A stretch of DNA of 64,000 nucleotides from the human T2T-CHM13v2.0 reference genome, Homo sapiens: assembly GCF_009914755.1 (NCBI RefSeq), contig NC_060935.1; one strand, written 5' to 3'. Position numbers and translations under genes: made by a program. The notes beneath the pieces are model-generated. The model searched no databases. It was given only the letters and a program-made list of their open reading frames with translations, and was not told the origin of the DNA. This document shows positions 44,070 to 60,297 of the stretch, one piece after another; the first letter of the stretch is position 1; every line of letters starts with the position of its first letter.

Positions 44070-44820
44070 TGTTTAACTTTTATTAAGGTAAGATTCACAT
44101 GACATAAAATTCTCCACTTTAAAGTATGTAATTTAGTAGCTTTTAGTACATTTCTAATGTTGTGTAACCATCACCAAAGTCTAATTTCAGGCCTTTTTAT
44201 CACCCCAAAAAGAAAACCCATATTCACTAACTAGTCACTCTCCACTTCCTTTTCCTGCATTAACGTACTTCCTGTCTCTACAAATGTATCTCTTCTAGAC
44301 ATTTAATGTAAATGAAATTATGCAACATGTCAGCCATTTGTGTCTGATTCCTTTCACTTAACATATTTTCAAGATTCATTCATATTTCAGCATGTATTGA
44401 AACTTTATTCCTTTTTGTGGCTGCATATATTTTATTGTATAATTATACCACATTCATCAGTTGATATACATTTTACTTATTTTTACTTCCATTTTTGCTA
44501 CTATGAATAATGGTCTTATAAGCAACCATTTACAAGTTTTTATTTGAACACCTGTTTCAGTTCTCTTGGGTATATACCTAGGAGTAGAATTGCTAGGTCA
44601 AATGGTAATTCTACATTTAACGTTTTGAGGAACACCCAAACTGTTTTCCATAGAGGCTGCACCATTTTACATTCCCACTACCAATGTATCAGGGTTCTAA
44701 TTTCTCCTCATCCTCATTTGTTATTTTCCTTTTCATATATATATGAAATATATATATATATGAAACATATCTATGAAATATATATATATATCACTGTCCT
44801 AGTGGATGTGAAGTAGGACA
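44070..44820 (-). mobile_element. Old L1M 3'-end fragment
   Basis: gggtatatacctaggagtagaattgct...ttttacattcccactaccaatgtat. Confidence 0.82.
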
Positions 44821-46085
44821 AAGTATTTTATGGAAAAAGATTACAAAATCATTTCCTCTTCTCCTCCTTGTTACCCAAGTTCAAGCTAAGCTTCATTTTC
44901 CAGAGGGAATAGCATGTATAAAGGTCCAAGTGGAAAGAAAACATACTTTGTTTGAAAAACTAAAAGAAATATGGTATGATTGTAACATAAGGGCATGTAA
45001 GAGTAAGAGAAAAGAAGGAGGTTGGGGCTAGTGGACACCAGACAATGACTGGTTGGCATCGAAATACTATAAAAGGCTTTGAAAACATACACGTTAGGAA
45101 ATTTGGATTGTATTCAAAGCAAATAGATCTACTGTTGAATGATTTAAAGTAGAAGAGTGAGTCGATCTAGGTTTGAGTTTAGTAAGAGCATGATATTTTC
45201 TGAGTAGCAAGTGGATGGGAGAGAAAAAAAGACTGGAGGTAGCAAATTCCTAAATTAGGGTATGGAAAACTTGGGAGAGAGAGAAAATAGTGATCATATT
45301 TTAATGTGAAGTGTGTGGATAAATTCAAAGCATATTTAGAAAACATAATAAATAATAAACATATTTTTAAATAATTACATAATTAAAGAAAATAAATAAG
45401 AAAAATAGACTTTGACATGGAAAACTAGTTAAATTTTGTACTGTTTAGTAAGAGAGAATTCAAGATGATTTGTGGATCATGAAGCAAATAAGGAGAGAAA
45501 ATGGTAATTTTTATTTGAACATGTTGATTTTGAAGTTTCAGTGGGAAATATAAGAGTAGACATCAAATAGGAAGTTGGCTATAGGGGCATATAAGGAATT
45601 TGATGTACAGCTTTAGACTTGGTAATTTTCAGCATAAATATGCTTACTGAATTTATGAGCTTGCTACATCTTAAACACACTGAGCCTCACAAGCCTATAA
45701 ATTAATTTGTTTCTTTATTTGAAAAAGAGAAAATTGAAGCAGGATGAAAGAACTAAAAGAAGGGTAAAAGTTTCTGCATTTATTTATGATTTGAAATAAG
45801 CAACACCTCATTTTAGGCCATTGAATGAGTGCTTCCCATATTTATGTTTTTGATGGTAGAAAATTAGAATGCCTCCATTTGATGCCTATTATTTTCTTGC
45901 AACTCGAATGATCTTTATCTCTCTTATCTCCTAATTCCTTTAATTGTACTGAGTTTCTCCAATAGCACTGAAATCTTAAAATTCATAAAAATTGGATCTC
46001 TCATTGGAAGACTTTCTGCTAGTGATTTACATAAGAATTCTTTTAAATTTTTCACAGCCCATTTATCCATATTCTCATCCTCATA

Positions 46086-47037
46086 TCACTGCATCCCTTT
46101 AAGAAAGAATAAAAGTATGACCTTGTTTCCAATCTGCTTTGTTTTTACTCCATAATTATGGAATTGAGTACAGGAGGGATTGCCCTATAGAGGCCCACAA
46201 ACATAATGTAAAAAGTGCAAGAGATACTCTGGCCAAAGTGATGAGTAAGGGCAGAAAGCATGGTTGGTGTGTACAACATGAGAATGACACTGACATGAGA
46301 ACCACAGGTGCTTAGGGCCTTCAGAAGGGCATCACTGGATGGAAGGTGGAAAACAGCATGAAGGGTGAGGGTGTAGGAAATATCAGTGAGGATCAGATCT
46401 GAGATAATAGTCATTACCAATATAGTAAAGTCATACCAGATATTGATGGAGATATCAGCATAGGAAAGCAGGGCCACACCTATGTGCTCACAGTATGTGT
46501 TAGAATTAATGTGTGTTCTGCAGAAGGGCAAATGCTTCCCCAGGAAATCAATGGGCAAAATGTTATTAAACCTTCAATCAATGCTCACCACAATCTTGCC
46601 AAGTGTCGAGGTGTCAAGCCACTGGTGTATCTCAGAAGGAAACCAATGGTCATGTAATGATCAAATGCCAGACCCAACAAGATGGCCAAGTCCAGAAAAA
46701 AAGCTAAAGTGAAGTAGACCAAAAAAAAAAAACCTGGTGAAGCATCCAGGAAATATTATTTTCTGAGCTTTCAGCTAGAATATCCCAAATGTTTTGGGGA
46801 AATATGTAATGCATAATATGAGGTTTGCAGAGGCCGGTATAGAGAGGAAGGAAAACATGGGTTTATGGAGGTTGTGTTCCACAGTGATAAGGTAGAGAAG
46901 GATGACATTCCCTGCAAGGGAGACAAGGTAACTGGTAAAGGAGAGAATTCCCATCCAGATGCAGAACCACTCCAGCCCTGGGATCCCCAACAGAATGAAG
47001 AGTCCTGGATTGAAGCTACTTAAATTCAATGTGCCAT
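46086..47037 (-). pseudogene. OR52T1P: Heavily disrupted OR52H-like pseudogene
   Basis: NLSSFNPGLFILLGIPGLE, TAG at 46777-46775, frameshifts, AFDHY, TYCEHIG, KALSTCGSH and YGVKTKQI...KGMQ*. Symbol is from recalled order. Confidence 0.85.
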
Positions 47038-48700
47038 CGTGGTGATTGCCATTCACTGAGGACAAAATGTCACATTTGATTCTGAGACTGACTGGCCTTG
47101 AATCCATTTAAGTCTTTTTTATAACTTGGATCCCTTTGCCTTTATCATGTAACAAACACGAAGAAAAACACAATCTATCTATTGTCATAACCTTTACATC
47201 ATTTATCAAAGGCTGACAAAAGGTATTAATTAAACCCACTATTTCCTGCCTATAGCCATTACCATGACCACCTTGTTAGTATATCTGGACCATGTCCCAC
47301 CAGACCCATAACCTGAGAGAATACTGGCCCTTTGTTGTCAACTAAAATTCCAAGACTGTTTTCCTCTCACTAACTAATTCAGTCTGAAATTTCTCAAGGA
47401 TGTAATCTGAGGGTTGACTATGACTCTTCCTCCTCCTTCAAACCCAGTATTTTCTTTTCCTACTTCTGTGATTTTCTTTTGGAACCCCTCTTTTATCTGC
47501 CTACTCCATTTCTTCACCACTGCCTCACTTGAACCCATCCTGATTATTAATTGGAACTGTAGAATGAGAATGCTGATTCTTATTCTGGTTCTGTCAATAT
47601 TTTGCAAACCTTTACCTAATTGTGCTACCTTATTGGTCCCTGAAAACAGGAAACTATCAAGTCACTCACAATCTTGTGTAAAAGCACATAACTATTCCCT
47701 TTATGCCTACAGAATACATTTTATTTCCCTGCTCAACAGGCAATCTCTTTCCCGTATATATGGGTTCTACCTATGTGAATGTGTCTAAAACTCTCCCCTA
47801 AAGCATATCCATATAGGACTTCATATATTCTCCATCATTCTTACATCTCACTGCTTATATTTTACTCCAAAAGTGCAATCTTGCCTTCTCTCAATGTCTA
47901 AATTCTACCTATTATTTATGATTCTCGAAAGTGCTAATGTCCTCTGAAAACCTTCTCCAGGATTACTTAACCATGTTTTGAAAAGGACTGACATATCTGT
48001 GGGAATCCAGAAGTTCAGGTGCTTGTGAAGAGCTGCGAGGAGGCCCTATTCTCTCACCTGTTGCTCTCCTTAATACTCTGCAAAAGCAGGAAATGGAGGC
48101 AAAGAAAGGGTTGTAAACTGCACTGCTAAGTGTTTAATGTGTGCCTCAAAATGCCAGTGAAGCCCTTCAGCAACCTGGGACATTGATTGTTCACAAATAT
48201 TTAAGAAAATCTCTGTTCATTAGCTGACCGCTAAGATAACTGAGTAGAAAATTCAGTGGCTGTACATGACAAACAAGAAAACCTTTACAGAAATAGTCCA
48301 AAAAGTGACTTAAAAAAGAAAAACCTATAATAATTAGCAACAACAGCAAATCCTGGGAATGGAGGAGAATCTACTTTCCAGGGTTATCACTTTACATTGT
48401 TTAAATTTTCCAGTTTTAACAAAAAAAATTATGAGACATTCAAAGATATAAGACATGTGATCTATACACGGGAAAAAGAAAAGTCAATAAAATCTGTCCC
48501 TGAAAAAACCCAGATGTTAGACTTATTATACAAAGACTAAATGAGCTGGCTTAAATATATTCAAAAAGCTAAAGGAAATCATGTCTATACAACTAAAGGA
48601 AAATATGAGAAAAACATCACACCAAATATTAAATATCAACAAACAATTTATAAAAAGAAGTCAAATAGACATTCTGGTGTTAAAATTTGGAAAAACTGAA

Positions 48701-49631
48701 GGGTGGCTGGCACGACGGCCGAATAGTAACAGCTCCGGTTTGCAGCTCCCAGCGAGATCAGTGTAGAAGGTGGGTGATTTCTGCATTTCCAACTGAGGTA
48801 CCCGGCTTATCTCATTGGAACTGACTAGACAGTGGGTGCATCCCACAGAGGGCAAACCAAAGCAGGGTGGGGCATCACCTCACCCAGGAAGCGCAAGGGG
48901 TTGGTGAACTCCCTCCCCTAGCCAAGGGAAGCCATGAGGGACTGTGCCATGAGGAACAGTGCATTTCGACCCAGATACTATGCTTTTCCCACAGTCTTCA
49001 CAACCTGCAGACCAGGGGATTCCCTCGGGTGCCTACACCACCAGGGCCCTGGGTTTCAAGCACAAAACTGGGTGGCCGTTTGGGCAGACACTGAGCTAGT
49101 TGCAGGAAGATATGAAATGATATGAACAGACACTTCTCAAAAGAAGACATTTATGCAGCCAACACACATATGAAAAAAAGCTCATCAACCCTGGTCATTA
49201 GAGAAATGCAAATCAAAACTACAGTGAGATACCATCTCATGCCAGTTAGAATGGTGATCATTAAAAAGTCAGGATGCAGTGAGCCGAGATTGCGCCATTG
49301 CACTCCAGCCTGGGTGACAGAGCGAGACTCCGTCTCAAAAAAAAAAAAAAAAAAGGTCAGGAAACAACAGATGCTGAAGAGGATGTGGAGAAATAGGAAC
49401 GCTTTTACACTGTTGGTGGGAGTGTAAATTTGTTCAACCATTGTGGAAGACAGTGTGGCGATTCCTCAAAGATCTAGAACCAGAAATACCATTTGACCCA
49501 GCAATCCCATTACTGAGTATACACCCAAAGGATTATAAATCATTCCACTATAAAGACACATGCACACGTATGTTTGTTGCAGCACTGTTCACAATAGCAA
49601 AGACTTGGAACCAACCCAAATGCCCATCAAT
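48701..49631 (+). mobile_element. L1PA (PA7/8-like) 5' UTR joined directly to the ORF2 3' part
   Basis: gggtggctggcacgacggccgaatag...ttccaactgaggtacc 5' UTR; junction at about 49107-49119 to gatatgaacagacacttctcaaaagaagac. Confidence 0.9.
49275..49354 (+). mobile_element. Severely 5'-truncated Alu (about 60 bp plus poly-A)
   Basis: tgcagtgagccgagat...ccgtctc(A)n; TSD aaaa(a/g)gtcagga. Confidence 0.93.
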
Positions 49632-50327
49632 AGATTATCCAATATGAAGAATTGAAAGAAAAAGACAAAAAATAAACAGAGACTCAGAAACATTTGGGAC
49701 ATACCCAAGTATACCACCATATTCATAGTGAGAGTCCTAGAAAGGGAGGCAAGAGAGAAAGATGCAGAAAGAATATTGCAAAACTAATGGCAAAAAAAAC
49801 TCCCTAAATTTGATTTTTTTAATATGACTCTACACATTCAAGAAGCTCAAAGAACTCCACGTAGGATAAACTAGATATCCACATCATAATAATGAAAATG
49901 TTGAAAGCCAATAGCAAAAAGAAAATCTTGAAAGCATCAAGAGAGAAGTGAGTTTGTTCCAAAGCTTCTGAGCACATTTCCTTTAGAATCATTTTTATAT
50001 GAAAATGCTTTCAAATAGTTCCTATTCCTCCTAAATTATTTGTCTTAATTGCCTTAGTGCCAGAGCTGGCACATAGTAAGCACTCTGGCATGGCAGTATT
50101 CACTTTCCATCTCAAAGAAGTAAAGCATTTAAATAAAATGTGTCACCTCTTTGGTAAAAAATAAAAAGTATAGACTTAAAAAAAATCGATAGGCTCATAA
50201 TTCTTTGACCTTTGCTAGCTTGGTGGGTATATTCTATTTCTAGTGAGGTTGAAAATTTTTCCACACATTTCTTAGCCATTTTATTATCATTTTTATTATA
50301 TTTTATAATTTCTAGTTATTTCCAGTC

Positions 50328-52051
<1,724 letters not shown>

Positions 52052-52395
52052 TGACTCATTATGTGCAAGGGATCCTGAATAAGATTAATGCTGATAGCAC
52101 ATGAGAAACCCTGAAGGTGAGCAGGCAGTGGGATGACATATTTAAAATGCTGAAAGAAAATAAATTGCCAGCTAAGAACTCCGTATCTGGCAAAATTATC
52201 CTTCAAATAGAAGATAATCTTCAAAAGAAGACACTCAACAAATTAGTATAGAATAAAACTCTCATAACCTGGTAAAGGTCATATATGAAAAATTCACAGC
52301 TCAAATAAAAGAAAATAAAAGACACCAAGAATTGAAAATAGTAAATAAGATTATCTCTACTCACAGATGGCCTGATCTTATATATAGAAAGTGCT

Positions 52396-52721
<326 letters not shown>

Positions 52722-55700
52722 CTATTAGAACTAATAAATGAGTCCAACAATGTTGCAGATCAATATATAACACTCAGTCAATACACAAAACAAAGAGCAA
52801 AAATTATAAAACTCTTACAAGAAAACATAATGGGAGACCATCATGACCTTGGATTTGGCAAAGTATTCTTAGAAATGACACCAAAAGCATGAGCAACAAA
52901 AGAAAATATAAATTGTACTTCATCAAAATTAAAAAATAAATTGTTCTTCAAGGGACACCACTAAGAAAGTGAAAAAAAAATGACAGAATGAAAAAAAAAT
53001 TGCAAATCATATATTTGATAAGGATCTTATATCTAGAATTAATAAGCAATCTTTGCCATCTTTAAAATTCAATAATAAAAAGGCAAATATCCAAAATAAG
53101 CAAAAAATTTGCATAGATATTTCTCAAAGCAGGTATGGAAATGACAAGTGAACCCATAAACAGATGATCAAAGAAATGCAAATCAAAACCACAATGAGAT
53201 ATCACCTCACACTTACTAAAAGATCTAGATTTAAAGTGTCAGGTAACAGCACGTGTTGGTGAGGATGTGGAGAAATTATAATCCTCATACAGTGTTGGTG
53301 GGAAGGTAAAATGGTATAGCCACTTTTAAAAACAGTCTAGCATTCCTCAAACAATTAAACTCAATTTGAGTTAACATATAATTCAGCAATTCCACTTCTA
53401 GATCTATACCCAGGAGACATAAAAACATATCCACACAGAAACTGGCACACAAATGTTTTACGGCATCACAATTTATAATAGTAACCCCCAAATGAAAATA
53501 AACCAAATGTTCATCAATCCAAGGGTGGATCAATAAAATGCATTCTATCCATGCAATCAGATATTTGGCCATACAAAGGAATGAAGTACTGGCACATGCT
53601 ACGAAATAGGTGAACATTGAAAACAGGTTGCTTAGTTAAAGAAACCACATTGAAAGATCACAATTGTGTGATTTGATTTAGATGAAATGTCCAGAATAGG
53701 AAAATCTATAGAGACAGATCATGGATTAGTGGTTTCCAGAGGCCAATGGGGAGGGAAGTATGTGGTGTGACGGCTAATAAGCAGGGAGATTCTCTTTGGG
53801 GTATAAAAAATGATCTGGAATTAGTAGTCATAGTTGAAAAACCTAGTGAATAAACCAGAAGCCACTGAATTTTACACTTTAAAAAAGTAAATTTTATGGT
53901 GAGTGAATTATCTATAAAAAAAAGAAAGAAAAACTAAGTTAAGCCTGGCCCAGAAAAATGAGTCATCTTAATTTTGAAAGATTCTGAGACAGATTGATAC
54001 AATTTATTGTACCCTGAATACTAGTCTTTACTATTTCTGCCCTGGTTCTAATGTTATTATTTTCTTCTTACCCCTTAATCTATATTCTTGAAAGCATTGC
54101 CATTGTCATTTATTTCATCTTTAAAGTCCTTTCGTATTCATTGTTTCAATTAAGCACTCACAATAACCTTACATACTCTCTCTCTCTCTAGTACTAACTA
54201 CAATTTGATACTCTTCGAAGCCTCCCCTAGCTATACCAGATGAATTATTTATCTGGATTCTGGACTCACAGCAAGTTGCACTCACTGCTGTATTGTGATT
54301 AATGGTAACTGTTCATGGTAAGGAGACATGATTTCTTCAACTATTGACCTCAAATGCTGACCCAATGAAGGGATCAATCAAGAATTGTCAAATGTTTCAG
54401 TGAGCAATACAGGGGTAATAATCCCTGTACCTCCCTCCCTTTAGAATAATATATGAATGTAATAGATGTTTAGGGGCAGTGGAGGGGTAAATTAAAAGCT
54501 CTAAGGTAAAAAAGAAACATGGGTTTTCAGACAGACACAAAGAAGGTGATAAATTTAAAAACCCCAAGAGAAAAAGACTTTACGAAGGACACTAGGAAGA
54601 GAGAAACAAAGGTGGAATTGAAGACATGGAAAAGAACTAGTGTTGGAACAGGAAATGCAAAAACAAATTTAATGAACACTGTCAGGCCAAGAGCCTCTGA
54701 GTTGTTGCTGAGCCCTTCCCTTCTTCATATATTAAGAGTGTCTATCAATAATCTCTTCTATCTGGCTCTATGCCAAAGCATATACCATGTGCCTTAGGTC
54801 CTTGCGTTGAATGGGAGGGGGAAATCAGCCCTGATGGCGGGGGAGGGAATTGGAGCTGAGAAAGGGAAAGATACACAGAGGGAGGAGAATCCCTGCTCCC
54901 AGAAGAGAGGAGGGAATAAACACTGTATGAGGCAAGACCTGAGATTCGATTCTATATATTAAGGAAGACTGGCTGTGTATGAATTGTGGAATTGAGAAGC
55001 CGTGAATCTGAGCAGGTGACATCAGGGAGGTAAGTCTGGGTCAGATATTTTTAGGATGAAGAGGAAGTATTAATATGGAGGAATAGGATGAGAAATGGGC
55101 AATGTTCAAAGAGGGGCAGAGAGAATAATGGGTAGCTGGAATGAATTGTGTTTTCCTGAGGGGTGGAGTGGAAGAAGGGCAGTTTGGAGGGACACTTTCT
55201 AGGTAAGGTTGGAGAGACTGGATGAGTAAATAATCCTTTGCTCTCAAGGAGGATGCAAGAATCATAAATTACAGATAGATTATGTCCTGAGACACTGAGG
55301 AACAGTGGAAAGAAAACTACAGCATATGGGAGATCATGCATAAGGGATAAATGGGTCAAGTTCCTGGACAGAGGAGTCAGGTAAAGGATTCAAAAACAGG
55401 TGGTAGAAATTTACTAAAATAGCAGAAGCGATAATTTCTCCCATTAAAAAAAAATGAAAGAGAATTAGAGGATGAAGGAGGATTGCCAGAGTACAGAGAA
55501 AAGAAGATAAAGGAATGTTTGCTTGATGGTCTAGATTTCTCCGTCATTGCAGAGATTAGCCCATCTGCTGTATTGGGTCTTAGAGGAGAGGAAGGAAGAG
55601 AAGGTTTGGAACTAACATTCATATTTTGGGAACCCAATAAGGGATAAGTCAACAGATGACAAAAAAAGTTCTAATAGAAACTGCCTAGATTTGTAATAGA

Positions 55701-56894
55701 TCGTATATATGAATTTATCAAACAAAGTATACTGCCTAAGAATGAAAACTAGGAATACAAGCCAGGATAAGGAATTGTTAGTGACTGAGGGAATTAAATG
55801 TGGTCAGTATTACTCAAGTTTCCAACCAAGGAACTCAGGCTTGCAGAGTTGAAGCCTAAAGCCAAGTGAAAGTAAATAAAATCTGCTTCCATTCTTGTAG
55901 TTAATGTATTTAATTTTGTATTTAACTTTGAATAGTCTATCTCTGACCTGATTCTACTCTAAAACATGTAAATTTCCACGGTGGCCAAGAGATGTTTAAT
56001 TGGAAAAGATATATTAGAAAAGATAGGAGGTTCCAAAGATATCTGAAGGAGGAACTCGTGGACAAGGGGGTTAAGTATATATGGAGTGGAAGGTTTTTTT
56101 TACAAAGAGCTGCCAGATGGACACTTAAAGTGGCGTTGCTCAGTTTTTTGAGGTGTGAAGACTTTAACGGATGCCTGAATTGGAGTGAAAACAGAAATTA
56201 CTGGGATGGAGAACAGGGAGACACCAGATGGACACAGGCTACCTTGGAGGTTCATTATTTAGGAGGAGAACTGAAGTCAAGTTGGAGAAGAAAGATGTTT
56301 GCAAGCGCTGATGTCACCCACAAAGGTGGGAACATGTAGCAGAGGATGAACGTGATGAGTGATGGGTGCTGTGGGAAGAATGAGCACAATGGTGGCACCA
56401 ACTACAGACACGAAGAGAACATGAGAACAGAAGACCTATGATAAGAAACCTGTGATTTTTGTGGTACTGGTGTGTGTTGTTGTCAGTGTAAACTTACATA
56501 CATGGCTGAGTAAGTGGGAATGTACCTCCTCCACCTACTTTTGAACATTCATTAAGTGTAAATTCTAACCCAGTCAATAGCAACTGAGGCACAGTCCTGG
56601 CTCACAGAGAGCTCACAATATATTGGGACTGAAAATATTTTAGTGCAGTAAGTACAGATAAGGAGAAAGAGAGATGGCTGCAGGGGAATGCAATAGTACA
56701 GAGAAAGTTGCTGATCCAGCCATTTGGAGGGATGAGAAAAATCTTTCTGGATGAGAAATATAGACTGGCTATGTTAAAGAGGAGGATGGAAGTAGAAGAA
56801 GCAGAATGTATAAAAGACCACAGGAAAAAAAGAGTAGCTTCAGGGGCATACATGCTTTCCAGTATGAGCAGAGAAAAGAGAAAGCAGGGAGGGG

Positions 56895-56898
56895 GAGA

Positions 56899-56929
<31 letters not shown>

Positions 56930-56952
56930 TGTGTGTGTGTGTGTGTGTGTGT
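56895..56952. repeat. Compound (GA)n(GT)n microsatellite
   Basis: Read directly from the sequence. Confidence 0.95.
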
Positions 56953-58098
56953 TAGTTGCATGAATCTTTCAGGCAACGGGCAGTTATTATCCTTAATCAA
57001 GATAGTGCATATGCAAAATTATCTTTTGGGAACATTGTTTAATTATGAGGAATGGGTTAGAGACTAGAAGAACTGCAGACTAGGAGACCAGTTGGGAGGG
57101 CTTTGGATAAGTGGATCTAGAGCCTGGAAAGCAACATAAATGGCAATGTAGATTTGGGAGATATTAGCACATGAAGGCTAAATGGAGCCAAGGTAGTAGA
57201 CAAGATTGGTCAGAGAGAGGAAAGAGTGAGAAGAGGATTGCTACAGACCATTAGGAAACACAAACAGTAAACCATTCTGCAGGGAGAGAGATGACTTTAA
57301 TGAGAGCAGGATCAGACCAGGGTACAAGAGAAGAACTGGTGGAAGGTAGAGAAATCAAAGTCAAAAGTGGTCTCTCATGGAAGAATGATTTTTAAAGGAA
57401 AGAAGAGAGACAAAACAGTAATTTAAAAGAGAGTTTAGTAGAATAAAATGTTTTTATTATAGCTGTTGTTAATTTTTTGCTTGTCTTCAAGTTAAAAATA
57501 TTTGAATATTCTTTAATAAAGATCCAGGAAATCAGGAGAAGCTGAAGATAAAGACAGAGAATAATTGATGAAACAAAGTCCCTGAATTGGTAGGAAAGAA
57601 AGGTAATTCAGAGAATAGATGGGGAAATTATTCTTGACGATACAGCTACATACATTCATACACATAAATACATGTATATACATGCATATGTATATATGTA
57701 CACATATGAATGCATGCATGTAAGTATGCATATGTATGTTTGTGTGTGTATAAGGTTGTTTTAAAAACAATCTAATATGTTAAATATTCATACACGAGGC
57801 CCTAGGTTCATTTCCCAGCACCTCAAAAAATAACTCAAGAAACTTGTCTTATATTTAGGTAAAGTAAAATATGTTCCAGCTATGACAAAAGAAACATTGG
57901 AAAATAGGAAAGATACTGGCACCTCTTTCTCTGGGACTGGAGGAAATGAGGGGAGGATGGATGCAGAGATAAATAAATGTACAGGAAAGGAATAATATGA
58001 GGGATATGTTCCTGATAGTCCTGAAATGTGAGTTACAAAAGAGAAACATTCAGTGGAGAGAGAAAAACAGAATTTGGGCAGTGATAAAAGTCGTATAT

Positions 58099-58430
<332 letters not shown>

Positions 58431-58682
58431 TCATTGTGAGAATAGTTCAATAGGACTAAGGAGGAATCATGTGTCCTAATATGTACTAAAGACTACTTAT
58501 GTGATTGTGTCATTTTTTCACATCCTGACTATGTAAGCTGAGGATAACACTAGTTAGATTTAGTTGAAGTCTGAGAATTTACAGATGCAGCGGAAACCAA
58601 TGGATACTAAAAGGTAATGATCCTGGTGGAACTGATAGACATCTAGAGTAGATAGGGAAGAAAGTTCAAAAAGTTCTTACAT

Positions 58683-58850
58683 CAGTGGCTCACAAACTTC
58701 AGCATGAATCAGAATCACCTAGAGAGCTTGCTAAAACACAGAATGTTATCCCAACTCTAGGTTTTCTCATCCGTAGGTTTGTGGTAGGGCCGAAGAATTT
58801 ACAAGTTCCCTGATGGTGCTGTGGAGACCAAGCTTCAGAAGCATTGTTCT
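58683..58850. mobile_element. MER5A-like element
   Basis: cagtggctcacaaacttcagcatgaatcagaatcacct... Confidence 0.75.
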
Positions 58851-59007
58851 ACACCTTCCTTTCTGCTCTGGATGACAGTGCCACATTTCACAGCCACAGA
58901 GGTGACTCAGGAAGTCACACGCAATTTAATAAGCTTTCCACAGAGAAAATTTAGCTTAATATACCAACAAAACAACAATTATGCTCATTTTAAAAATTAG
59001 AAAATTG

Positions 59008-59316
<309 letters not shown>

Positions 59317-59649
59317 TCAGAGAAGACAGTGACTTGTCCAAGATCAAGCAGCCAATAGTTAACAGGGCAGACCTCTGACCCAGGTTTTTTCACACCCTCT
59401 GCGGTGTTCTTTCTAAATGCCGTAGCTACCTTAATTGCCTTCATACTTAGCGCATCTGTGCCTAGGGAAAAATGGGTGTAGGGTTGGCAGTGCCCACCAC
59501 CCCCAACCCTACTCTTTCACATAATCTGCTAATCAAATTGTTGTTTAGTCCTCTTGTTGTAGGACTGCAGTCCTCTCTGTAGGGCCTGGGGCTTTTGCAG
59601 AGCTCATTACAGTTCACATGCCCAAAGAGATTGTACAGATTGGTTTTGA

Positions 59650-60031
<382 letters not shown>

Positions 60032-60297
60032 TAGTTTCCTGAAATTCTTAAAGCTGTGTGGAGAGCTTCTGAGTAAGAACACTGAGCCTGTCTGTGGGCA
60101 GGTCCTGTAACTGTGCAGAGCCTATGTGTAATTATTTACGGAGAATATGGCTGTGTGCAGAGCCTGTGTGTGATTATCTGTAGAGATATGCCTGTGTGCA
60201 GAAGCCATAACTGTCATCGGGCCTGTAAGTATATGCAGGCCTTGTGCATATGGACACTCTACTAATGTATTCAAAAATCTGAAGCTCTTTTTTCCCT

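Noticed and set aside
54500-57500. Purine-rich stretch with 60-130 aa ORFs
   Set aside because: It looks like decayed L2/low-complexity sequence; no recognisable protein motifs.
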